From positions 1 to 27,098 of IMG/VR virus record IMGVR_UViG_3300008113_007930: a stretch of 27,098 bases of DNA. One strand, written 5' to 3'. The number at the start of each line of letters is the position of its first letter. Within the stretch, counting starts at the first letter, position 1. This DNA comes from a virus (taxonomy: Duplodnaviria > Caudoviricetes). The notes under the pieces were generated by a model. The model saw only the letters and a list, made by a program, of their open reading frames with translations. It did not search any database and was not told where the DNA came from. Made by a program: the position numbers and the translations under genes. This document shows positions 18,788 to 26,818 of the stretch, in pieces.

Positions 18788-20434
18788 GTGAGTATTTCAA
18801 ATTTATTACAAACAAACGATTTCGTACAACGCAACCAAGCTAAAGCGTTGGCATCGAAATGGGAAAAGACCGGTCTATTAGAAGGTCTTCGTGGCGAAAC
18901 CGAAAAAGCAGGTATGGCCCAATTGCTTGAGAACCAAGCACGTCAATTAGTAAAAGAAGCTTCTTCAACTGGTACATCAGCTGGTTCAGAAGAGTGGGCA
19001 GGTGTAGCTCTTCCATTGGTACGTCGTATCTTTGCTGAGTTTGCTGCTAAAGAATTCGTTTCAGTTCAACCAATGAACTTGCCATCAGGTCTTATTTTTT
19101 ACTTAGACTTTAAATATGGTACAGCTCAACCAGGATTTGACGCTGACAATCTTAACCGTACAGGTGATCCATTTGGTTCTCCAAATGCTGATGATTCAAT
19201 GTTTGGTGTAACAACAACTTCAGGTGATCCATCGGGTGGTCTTTATGGTGCAGGTCGTTTTGGTTATTCAATCAACGAAACAGCTAGCATTGTTTCTGCA
19301 GCAACTGGTTCTCAACCAACAGCCGCACAAGTAAATGGTGATTCTACATATTCTGGTTCATCTGATTATAAAATGATAACAGTAAATGTACCTACGGAAG
19401 CAGATTTATATGCAGTTCGTTCATTTATTCTTCGTTCTGGTTCAGCTCAAACTAATATCGTACCAGTTCAAGCATTTTCATCAATTGACAGCAATTACAC
19501 TGCATCATTTGTTGTAACAACTACTCAAGCAGCTGCAATTTCATCTTCAATTGGTGCTGGTAATTTGCGTTTAGTATATAGCAAACAACCAACTGATATT
19601 ACACGTGGTGATTTTGAAGACAACAAAGGTGCATTCTCTAACGGATACAATACTGATATTGATATTCCAGAAATTAACCTTGAAATGCAATCTGAGCCAA
19701 TCGTTGCTAAGACTCGTAAGTTGAAAGCAGTTTGGACTCCTGAATTTGCTCAAGACTTAAATGCATACCATTCAATTGATGCTGAAGCTGAATTGACTTC
19801 AATGTTGTCTGAGTATGTATCTATGGAGATCGACTTAGAGATCTTAGATATGTTGATTGCAGCAGCTCCTACAACTGAGTATTGGTCAGCTCGTAACAAT
19901 ACAATTTGGAATGGTACTTCATTTACAACTTTAGCAGCTGGTACAGCTACTCCAGGATTAGGTGATGGATTCTACAACACTCAAGGTGGTTGGTTCCAAA
20001 CTTTAGGTACTAAACTTCAAAAAGTATCTAATAAAATTCACCAAAAAACATTGCGTGGTGGTGCTAACTTCTTAGTAACATCTCCTGCAGTTGCAACTAT
20101 CCTTGAGTCTATCCCAGGATTTGCTGCTGACACAGATGGTACTAAAATGGAATTTGCGGCAGGTGTACAAAAAATTGGTTCAATCAATAACCGTTACACT
20201 GTATACAAAAACCCATACATGTTAGAAAACGTAATCTTAATGGGATTCCGTGGTGCACAGTTCCTTGAAACAGGTGCTGTATTTAGCCCTTATATTCCTT
20301 TGATTATGACACCGCTTGTATATGATCCGATTAACTTCACTCCACGTAAAGGTGTTATGACACGTTACGCGAAGAAAGTAGTTCGTCCAGAATTCTACGG
20401 AAAAGTATACGTACACGGTCTTAACACTCTTTAA
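18788..20434 (+). CDS. Major capsid protein (T4 gp23-like)
   Basis: LPLVRR, VSVQPMNLPSGLIFYL, AKTRKLKAVWTPEFAQDLNAYH, EIDLEI, FSPYIPL and FTPRKGVMTRY. GTG start preceded by AAGGA. Confidence 0.96.
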   Translation: MSISNLLQTNDFVQRNQAKALASKWEKTGLLEGLRGETEKAGMAQLLENQARQLVKEASSTGTSAGSEEWAGVALPLVRRIFAEFAAKEFVSVQPMNLPSGLIFYLDFKYGTAQPGFDADNLNRTGDPFGSPNADDSMFGVTTTSGDPSGGLYGAGRFGYSINETASIVSAATGSQPTAAQVNGDSTYSGSSDYKMITVNVPTEADLYAVRSFILRSGSAQTNIVPVQAFSSIDSNYTASFVVTTTQAAAISSSIGAGNLRLVYSKQPTDITRGDFEDNKGAFSNGYNTDIDIPEINLEMQSEPIVAKTRKLKAVWTPEFAQDLNAYHSIDAEAELTSMLSEYVSMEIDLEILDMLIAAAPTTEYWSARNNTIWNGTSFTTLAAGTATPGLGDGFYNTQGGWFQTLGTKLQKVSNKIHQKTLRGGANFLVTSPAVATILESIPGFAADTDGTKMEFAAGVQKIGSINNRYTVYKNPYMLENVILMGFRGAQFLETGAVFSPYIPLIMTPLVYDPINFTPRKGVMTRYAKKVVRPEFYGKVYVHGLNTL

Positions 20435-20482
20435 TCGTTAATTTGATTTAATCATTTAACCAATTAATTAGTTAAGGTAAAA

Positions 20483-20518
20483 TAAGAGAGGGTGGCTTCG
20501 GTCACCCTTTCTTACTAT
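20483..20518 (+). terminator. Intrinsic terminator after capsid gene with cUUCGg tetraloop
   Basis: TAAGAGAGGGTGGC-TTCG-GTCACCCTTTCTTA: a 14-bp stem (two G-U) with a pyrimidine-rich 3' side. Confidence 0.85.
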
Positions 20519-20522
20519 TCGA

Positions 20523-20537
20523 ATATTTATATTAAAA
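20523..20537 (+). promoter_or_regulatory. ATATTTATW intergenic motif (putative late promoter)
   Basis: ATATTTATATTAAAA right after the terminator; core 22 nt before ATG 20546. Confidence 0.65.
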
Positions 20538-20545
20538 TAAAGATC

Positions 20546-20821
20546 ATGGCAGTAGAAAGACACAAATATTCAATGCAAGCGATAATCAGATATGATGGTC
20601 GTTTAGTAGATGTTCTAGATCGTATACGAGCTATACGTTTAGTATTAATGGTACATATCGAACAAGACTTAGGCCCAGATAAAGAATTAGTTACTATTAA
20701 AGTGATGACTGCATATCCTCCTAGAGAAACATATCATGCAATTAGAAAAATAGGTTTAGGAAAAATAGAAACCCTTAAAGATATGACGCTTCAAGAATCT
20801 ACACTTACAAAATTGTTTTAA
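20546..20821 (+). CDS. Small hypothetical protein
   Basis: 91 aa from ATG 20546 (MAVERHKY). The track start at 20492 lies within the terminator hairpin. Confidence 0.7.
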   Translation: MAVERHKYSMQAIIRYDGRLVDVLDRIRAIRLVLMVHIEQDLGPDKELVTIKVMTAYPPRETYHAIRKIGLGKIETLKDMTLQESTLTKLF

Positions 20822-20837
20822 ATTAATTAAGGTTGTT

Positions 20838-21503
20838 ATGGCTACACAAAATCGGGAAAAAACTCCACCGAAAACTGATATTAAGTTTTCAATTACACTA
20901 TCAGAAGAACAAAAACAAGCAAAAGCAAAAATTATAGAAACCCCATTTAATTTTATTCTAGGAAAAGCGGGTTCGGGTAAAACATTATTAGCAGTTCAAA
21001 TTGCGTTAGATATGTTTTTTAAAAGACAAATCAATAAGATTATTATAACAAGACCCACTGTATCAAATGAAGATAACGGATTTCTTCCTGGTTCATTGGC
21101 AGAAAAAATGGATCCGTGGTTAGTTCCTTTACGTAGTAATATGCGTAAAGTATATAATAAACCAGAGATTCTAGATAAAATGGAAAAAGAAGAAAATATT
21201 GAATTAGTTTCATTGGCACATTTTCGTGGAAGAACATTTGATCATGCAATTTGTATTGTTGACGAATTTCAAAACTTAACAAAACAACAACTTCAAATGG
21301 TATTATCGCGATTAGGTAAAGATAGTATCATGATTTTAACAGGCGATCGTTATCAAGTAGATTTAAAATTTAATAATGATTCAGCAGTTCATGAAGTTCC
21401 TAAGTTAACTAAGTCAAACTTCGTAAATGAAATCATATTAACAGATAATCATCGTCATGCAGCATTAGATGAAATCTTAAGATTGCTAAATGAAAGATAT
21501 TGA
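20838..21503 (+). CDS. phoH: PhoH-family ATPase
   Basis: GKAGSGKT, IIITRPTV, GFLPGSLAEKMDPW, FRGRTF, IVDEFQN, SRLG, GDRYQVDL and HRH. Confidence 0.93.
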   Translation: MATQNREKTPPKTDIKFSITLSEEQKQAKAKIIETPFNFILGKAGSGKTLLAVQIALDMFFKRQINKIIITRPTVSNEDNGFLPGSLAEKMDPWLVPLRSNMRKVYNKPEILDKMEKEENIELVSLAHFRGRTFDHAICIVDEFQNLTKQQLQMVLSRLGKDSIMILTGDRYQVDLKFNNDSAVHEVPKLTKSNFVNEIILTDNHRHAALDEILRLLNERY

Positions 21504-21518
21504 TATTTATATTTAAAA
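21503..21518 (+). promoter_or_regulatory. ATATTTATW intergenic motif (putative late promoter)
   Basis: ATATTTATATTTAAAA; core 25 nt before ATG 21529. Confidence 0.65.
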
Positions 21519-21528
21519 GGGAAACAAC

Positions 21529-22761
21529 ATGGATTATTCAGAAAACAAACCAATTTGGCCAGGCTCATCTTCATTTACCGTTGGATCTACACCATTTGGT
21601 TTTTTTGATAACGATTCCGTTTTCCGATCTCATGCAGATAAATTTGCAAAAGCAGCAGCACAACATTTAGGATATCCCATAATGGATGTAGAAATGCAAG
21701 CTATAAATTTTTATACTGCGTTTGAAGCGGCTGCAATTGAATATTCAAATCAAGTTAATCAAGTTAACATTGTTAATAATCTAATGAATACATTAGGTAT
21801 TCAAACCGGTGCTGCATTTTTATCTAATAACGATGACAGTTTAACGGGAGCATTAGTTGGAAATTCTTTTGGATATATTACTAAATTATCAAAAGCATAT
21901 GGCACAGAAGCAGATTCTGGCGGTGATGTAGAATGGAGACAAGTTGCTATACAAATGGTACCTGGCCAACAAACATATAATATAAAAGATGCAATTTCAT
22001 CTTCATTAGGTATAACAGTAACTACTTCATCAGTTGAAATTAAACGAATACTTCATAATGCACCACCAGCAATTGTACGATATTTTGATCCATTTGTTGG
22101 CACCGGGTTAGGTTCACAACAATTGTTAGATTCATTTGATTTTGGTGGTTTTTCACCATCTGTATCATTCATGATGATGCCAATTCATGCAGACTTAATG
22201 CGTTTACAATCTATTGAATTTAACGATCAAATACGTAAATCTAGTTATTCATTTGAAGTGCATGGCGATAATATAAAGATATGGCCAGTGCCAACTTCTG
22301 GTACAGGTTCATCATCTGCAACGCCATTCTTTAAACAAGTATATGTAGAATTTATTTTTGATGATGATAAAAATAATCAATCCGTTTTATTTGGTAATAA
22401 CGCACTTTTAAACAATGTTATAACTGACGCATCAAATATACCATATACATATCAAACCTACGGGAAAATTAATGATATGGGTCGTGCGTGGATAATTAAA
22501 TATGGTATTGCACTTGCAAAAGAAATGTTAGGTTATATTCGTAATAAATATTCATCAGTACCTATTCCAAATGGCGAAGTAACATTAAATGGTTCTGATT
22601 TGGTATCACAAGGCCAATCTGAAAAAGAAACATTGATAACTCAACTTAGGGAATTTTTAGATAAAATGACAAAAGAACAAATGATGACACGTCAAAACTC
22701 TGAGGCAACTCAAATGCATGAAATGTTATCAAAAGTTCCATTAAAAATTTACGTTGGTTAA
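21529..22761 (+). CDS. Neck/head-tail adaptor protein (T4 gp13-like)
   Basis: LGYPIMDVEM near the N-terminus and WIIKYGIALAKEMLGYIRNKYSSVPIPNGEVTLNG near the C-terminus resemble gp13. Synteny with gp14/gp15-like genes supports this. Confidence 0.8.
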   Translation: MDYSENKPIWPGSSSFTVGSTPFGFFDNDSVFRSHADKFAKAAAQHLGYPIMDVEMQAINFYTAFEAAAIEYSNQVNQVNIVNNLMNTLGIQTGAAFLSNNDDSLTGALVGNSFGYITKLSKAYGTEADSGGDVEWRQVAIQMVPGQQTYNIKDAISSSLGITVTTSSVEIKRILHNAPPAIVRYFDPFVGTGLGSQQLLDSFDFGGFSPSVSFMMMPIHADLMRLQSIEFNDQIRKSSYSFEVHGDNIKIWPVPTSGTGSSSATPFFKQVYVEFIFDDDKNNQSVLFGNNALLNNVITDASNIPYTYQTYGKINDMGRAWIIKYGIALAKEMLGYIRNKYSSVPIPNGEVTLNGSDLVSQGQSEKETLITQLREFLDKMTKEQMMTRQNSEATQMHEMLSKVPLKIYVG

Positions 22762-22773
22762 GAAAGGATAAGT

Positions 22774-23292
22774 ATGGCTATTTTTGGCGGAATGCGAGAT
22801 GCAAAATTTTTAGCATCAATCAATTCTGAATTAATTAACGCAATTATAGATACTGAAATTGAGTTTTATAAATTAATAGTAGAACGTTCAGCTAGTAATT
22901 TATATGGCGAATCTGAATCTAAATCTTATTATGATTCTATTTTAATTCCATGTGTTATTACTAAAGAGGGTAAAACTGCAACAATGGATGATTATGGTCA
23001 TTCTTATACAAGAACGGCACAATTTGCAATATCTCGAGATATTTTAGAACGAGCGAGTTTTTATCCAGAGGTTGGAGATATTGTATTTTGGGATAATGAA
23101 TATTATGAATTAGATAATGTAGATGCAAACCAGTATTTTGCCGGAAAAAATCCAGATACTTGGCCAAACGGAAGTCAGTTTGGTTATAGCGTATCTATTA
23201 TTTGTGATGCACATGCAACTAGACAAACCCCAACAGGTATTACAAATTTAAGAAAAGGCGGTAATAATTTAAACCCGGCGTATAAAGGATAA
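22774..23292 (+). CDS. Head closure/neck protein (T4 gp14-like)
   Basis: NLYGES, YPEVGDIVFW and YYELDNV patterns; position between gp13- and gp15-like genes. Confidence 0.7.
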   Translation: MAIFGGMRDAKFLASINSELINAIIDTEIEFYKLIVERSASNLYGESESKSYYDSILIPCVITKEGKTATMDDYGHSYTRTAQFAISRDILERASFYPEVGDIVFWDNEYYELDNVDANQYFAGKNPDTWPNGSQFGYSVSIICDAHATRQTPTGITNLRKGGNNLNPAYKG

Positions 23293-23295
23293 TGA

Positions 23296-24495
23296 ATGTC
23301 TAGATTAAATAGAAGAGATATTGATCGAAAAACAAATAAACCCAATCCTATACGTACAGAAGGTTTAACGCCTGATCGAATATTAGATCGCTCGCAACAA
23401 ATTCGAAGAGATAATGATATTATTCGAACTCCTAAACGAACTGTATATGATGTAGATTTTGCGGTAAAGTCATATATTGAAAATGTAATACAGCCGCAGA
23501 TAACACAACAAGAACAATTGATATCAGTACCAGTTATTTTTGCAAATGGTGAAAAATGGGATAATGTTCGTAGATTGGGATTTTTGCGTGATGAAAAAGG
23601 AATGCTTCAATCTCCATTAATGATGATAAAAAGAAATTCAGTTTCAGAACGAGATAACGTAAAAGGATTAGATGTTAATCGAAATCCTGCAGGAAATGTT
23701 CGTGCATACAAACAACGTTATAATGAACGTAATCGATACGAAGATGAATTATTTCCAATACCGCAAAATAATCCAACATTATCAGATAAAATATATATTG
23801 TTGATATACCTAGATATGTTAATATCGAATATGATTTAATGCTTTGGTGCGATTTTACTACGCAACTAAATGATTTAATTGATCAAATTATGCCTTATAG
23901 TAGATTTGCGTGGGGCAATGGATCAAATGTATTTCCTGTACAATTGGGTTCATTTTCATTTGAAATTATAAATACTATAGGAGAAGATCGTTTAGTCAGA
24001 GCTACAGTACCATTAACAGTGCAAGCAGCATTACTTTCTTCACAAGAAGCACGAGTAAATACATTACGTAAACAATTTTCTGTTAAAAAAGTTACATTTG
24101 AAAATGTAGTTTCATATGATGATATATTTAATTCCACATCTGTACCAAATTCTATAGTTCAAAGTGGCGGGTCAATACAATTTGATGATAATATTTATTT
24201 AAAAATAACGCCAGAAATTATGAATTATTTAACAAATATTACAGAACAACAAGCTACATATGCATCAGCTACTACAGTAACTATTGCAGCCGCGGCAGCA
24301 ACTAATCCAATAACATCTGGCACTGCAACTAAAAATGAATTCGATGTATATATAAACGGCCAATATGCTGACAAAATTACATATACATGGACGCCTACTA
24401 CATCTGCTACGCAAACAATTGTATTTAATACTGCAGAATTAGGTTTTAATATTTTATCAACAGATGTAATAATTGTGAAAGGTAGGTGGGCATAA
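23296..24495 (+). CDS. Tail terminator/sheath stabiliser (T4 gp15-like) with C-terminal extension
   Basis: VPVIFANGEKW, PRYVNIEYDLMLW and QLNDLIDQIMPY resemble gp15. An extra Thr/Ala-rich beta domain follows. Confidence 0.7.
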   Translation: MSRLNRRDIDRKTNKPNPIRTEGLTPDRILDRSQQIRRDNDIIRTPKRTVYDVDFAVKSYIENVIQPQITQQEQLISVPVIFANGEKWDNVRRLGFLRDEKGMLQSPLMMIKRNSVSERDNVKGLDVNRNPAGNVRAYKQRYNERNRYEDELFPIPQNNPTLSDKIYIVDIPRYVNIEYDLMLWCDFTTQLNDLIDQIMPYSRFAWGNGSNVFPVQLGSFSFEIINTIGEDRLVRATVPLTVQAALLSSQEARVNTLRKQFSVKKVTFENVVSYDDIFNSTSVPNSIVQSGGSIQFDDNIYLKITPEIMNYLTNITEQQATYASATTVTIAAAAATNPITSGTATKNEFDVYINGQYADKITYTWTPTTSATQTIVFNTAELGFNILSTDVIIVKGRWA

Positions 24496-24824
24496 TGTCT
24501 AGACAATTTAGACCAGGACAATTACAAACCGGTTCATTATTTAATATATCTTCTAGCTATGCTGTAACTGCATCATATGCACTTAATAGCGTTGGCGGCA
24601 CCGGATTCCCATTCTCAGGAAGTGCTGTAATTACCGGTTCATTAGAAATCAAAAGTGATATTAATAGTATCTTTATAATTAAAAATTTTAATAATCAGCC
24701 TATATTAACAGTATCACAAAGTGGTGTTGTTGTTTTAGCAACACAAAGTATAGAATTAACAAATCCAGCGCCAGTAGGTGCAATCTATTTTACTTCATCT
24801 TCATTTTTTGTTGGATTAGAATAA
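24495..24824 (+). CDS. Small fibre-module-like structural protein
   Basis: The start is most likely ATG 24495, overlapping the upstream TAA. Motifs SSSYAVTASYA and FPFSGSAVITGSL. Confidence 0.6.
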   Translation: MSRQFRPGQLQTGSLFNISSSYAVTASYALNSVGGTGFPFSGSAVITGSLEIKSDINSIFIIKNFNNQPILTVSQSGVVVLATQSIELTNPAPVGAIYFTSSSFFVGLE

Positions 24825-24839
24825 AAAAAAAATTAACAT

Positions 24840-24856
24840 ATATTTATATTAAAAAA
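24840..24856 (+). promoter_or_regulatory. ATATTTATW intergenic motif (putative late promoter)
   Basis: ATATTTATATTAAAAAA; core 30 nt before ATG 24871. Confidence 0.65.
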
Positions 24857-24870
24857 TAAGGAATTTTATA

Positions 24871-26319
24871 ATGGCAACTTGGAAAAAAGTAGTAGTATCC
24901 GGTAGTAACGTATCGCAATTAGTCAATGACGCTGGTTATTTAACATCAGTAACCGCACAGGCAGCATTTGCAACTGCATCATATGATGGTACGTTATTAT
25001 TAGCAAATGGCGCTAATGGTAATTTAACATTTGCATCATCATCGGGTCAAGGTTTAAATATATCAGCAAACTCAGGTACAGACACATTAACATTTGGTTT
25101 AAGTGCTATTCCAAATACAAGTTTAGCTAACTCTGCAGTAACAGTAACTGCAGGCAACGGTTTAACTGATGGCGGATCTGTATCATTAGGTGGTTCGACA
25201 ACATTAAATGTTGGAGCTGGCACGCATATTACCGTTAATGCTAATGACATTGCAGTTAACACTACAACATTAATACCAGCAATATCAGGTTCAATTTTAA
25301 CTACAGTATCAGGTGATATCGCAATCACTGCACAAGGTGTTGCAACAATACAAGCTAACTCAGTAGCATTAGGTACTGACACGACAGGTAACTATGCAGC
25401 TGCAGTGAGTGCAGGAAGCGGCATCTTTGTTGGCGGTACGGCTGGCGAAGGTACGACCTTTACGGTATCTGCAGATTCTGCATCATTGGCGACATATTTT
25501 CGTCAAGATGCATATGCAAACGTAAGTGGTGATATTACAATTAACTCATCAGGCGTTGCAGCAATTGGAACGGGAGTAATTGTTAATGCTGATGTTAATG
25601 CATCTGCCGCAATTGCAGCCTCTAAAATAAATTTCACAGGAACATCATTTGTATCTGCATCGGTTTTATCTAGTCCAGGTCAGGGTCAAGCATTATTAAC
25701 AACAAATGGCGTTGCTGGTTCAACTATTGATTTAGGTTTAGAGACAGGAGACTCACCTCAATTTGTTGCATTAACATTAACAGGCGATGCAGCAGTTAAT
25801 GGTGGCGATATTACAACATCAGCTACTACATTTAACTTAGTTAATTCAAATGCAACTACAGTTAACTTTGCGGGCGCTGCAACAACATTAAATATTGGTA
25901 ATGCATCTGGCACAGCAACAATTGCAGGTAATGCAATAGTTCAAGGTGACTTTACCGTTAATGGTACTACAACATATCTTAACGTACAAGATCTTTTTGT
26001 AGAAGATAAATTTATTATATTGGCATCTGGTTCAGCAACAGCTGGCGATGGTGGTATTATTATTGACCGCGGTTCTGATGCTGCTGGTAATATTGCATAC
26101 GGATATGATTCAGTAACAGATCGTTGGGGATTTCAATCAGGTGTTACAGATACAACTAACACAATAGATCCAACATCTGCATCTGGCGTTAGCGGATCGT
26201 TTGTAGCATATGTATTTACAGAAAATGATCATGGTGCAACAAAACCAATTACCGGTGAGTTTGCAGTTCAAGGCGCACTATATACATCAAATGCTGGCGA
26301 TATTTGGATTTATGCATAA
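24871..26319 (+). CDS. Tail-fibre-like structural protein
   Basis: 482 aa, G/A/S/T-rich with few charged residues. Repeated SGDIxIxxxGVA units, TVTAGNGLTDGG and GDFTVNGTTTYLN. N-terminal WKKVVVSGS. Confidence 0.7.
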   Translation: MATWKKVVVSGSNVSQLVNDAGYLTSVTAQAAFATASYDGTLLLANGANGNLTFASSSGQGLNISANSGTDTLTFGLSAIPNTSLANSAVTVTAGNGLTDGGSVSLGGSTTLNVGAGTHITVNANDIAVNTTTLIPAISGSILTTVSGDIAITAQGVATIQANSVALGTDTTGNYAAAVSAGSGIFVGGTAGEGTTFTVSADSASLATYFRQDAYANVSGDITINSSGVAAIGTGVIVNADVNASAAIAASKINFTGTSFVSASVLSSPGQGQALLTTNGVAGSTIDLGLETGDSPQFVALTLTGDAAVNGGDITTSATTFNLVNSNATTVNFAGAATTLNIGNASGTATIAGNAIVQGDFTVNGTTTYLNVQDLFVEDKFIILASGSATAGDGGIIIDRGSDAAGNIAYGYDSVTDRWGFQSGVTDTTNTIDPTSASGVSGSFVAYVFTENDHGATKPITGEFAVQGALYTSNAGDIWIYA

Positions 26320-26333
26320 AATTATATATAATA
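26303..26333 (+). promoter_or_regulatory. Sigma70-like promoter TTTGGAT-N17-TATAATA
   Basis: TTGGAT 26304-26309, 17-nt spacer, TATAAT 26327-26332, ATG at 26338. Confidence 0.5.
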
Positions 26334-26337
26334 AGTT

Positions 26338-26529
26338 ATGGGCCTCATTAAAAATATTATTTCAAAAAATAACGAAACTCAAGTTTCTAGTGTTAATCAA
26401 TTAGATACACAGGAACTTGAGTTTCTACTAAATACACTCAAACAAACAATGATTATGGGAGAACATGTAGAAATGTTTTATAATCTAGTAATCAAGTTAC
26501 AAAATCAATATGTTGATCAAACAAAATAA
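26338..26529 (+). CDS. Small helical protein (possible fibre assembly chaperone)
   Basis: 63 aa; ungapped similarity to the next ORF. Confidence 0.65.
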   Translation: MGLIKNIISKNNETQVSSVNQLDTQELEFLLNTLKQTMIMGEHVEMFYNLVIKLQNQYVDQTK

Positions 26530-26535
26530 CAAGTT

Positions 26536-26721
26536 ATGGATTTATTTTCTATAGATTTAACGCCGCAAGAAATTAGTATTTGTAGGCAAGCATTAGACAT
26601 TATTACTATTACAGGTAAAGATGCAAAAACTATTGCAGGTCTACAAATGAAATTGGAATCAGAAATTGCAAACATTGCTGCGCAAATAGATTCAAATCAA
26701 TCTACTAAAAAATCTAGATAA
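26536..26721 (+). CDS. Small helical protein, apparent paralogue of the preceding ORF
   Basis: 61 aa; same AAGTT-ATG start context as 26338 and a shared LxxQE...L...IxG...LxxKL pattern. Confidence 0.65.
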   Translation: MDLFSIDLTPQEISICRQALDIITITGKDAKTIAGLQMKLESEIANIAAQIDSNQSTKKSR

Positions 26722-26722
26722 C

Positions 26723-26736
26723 ATATTTATAATAAA
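26723..26736 (+). promoter_or_regulatory. ATATTTATW motif (putative late promoter) ahead of structured leader
   Basis: ATATTTATAATAAA immediately upstream of the GC-richer structured element. Confidence 0.6.
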
Positions 26737-26807
26737 TTGAGATTACTGGCCGCAAGGAAGTAGGCGCACACACGGCATAAGTGTATGTATCTAACCGTAA
26801 TCCACAA
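26737..26807 (+). ncRNA. Candidate structured cis-regulatory RNA (three-way junction) in 5' leader of collagen fibre gene
   Basis: P1: GATTAC.GG (26741-49) with CC.GTAATC (26795-802). P2: CC-GCAA-GG (GNRA loop). P3: TAGGcGCAcACAC-GGCATAA-GTGTaTGTaTCTA. Locally GC-rich in an AT-rich genome. Confidence 0.55.
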
Positions 26808-26818
26808 GGAAATATAAT

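Noticed and set aside
10942-20434. Introns, inteins or homing endonucleases in terminase, portal or capsid genes
   Set aside because: The ORFs are continuous and of expected size, with no intein or LAGLIDADG/HNH/GIY-YIG motifs seen.
20456-20475. AT-rich imperfect palindrome TTAACcAATTAATTaGTTAA after the capsid stop
   Set aside because: It is weak, nearly all A/T and single-copy, and so expected by chance at this composition.
20492-20545. GTG start extending the small post-capsid ORF
   Set aside because: It lies inside the terminator hairpin and upstream of the promoter-like motif; ATG 20546 is preferred.
631-25382. Numerous 60-120 aa minus-strand ORFs in the ORF track
   Set aside because: They lie antisense to well-supported + strand genes or regulatory elements and have no recognisable motifs; they are typical shadow ORFs.
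26210-26404. 64-aa + strand ORF bridging the fibre gene and ORF 26338
   Set aside because: It overlaps two better-supported genes out of frame.
26737-26810. tRNA, hammerhead ribozyme or intrinsic terminator interpretation of the structured element
   Set aside because: It has no T-loop/D-loop cloverleaf, no hammerhead core and no U-tract after the stems.
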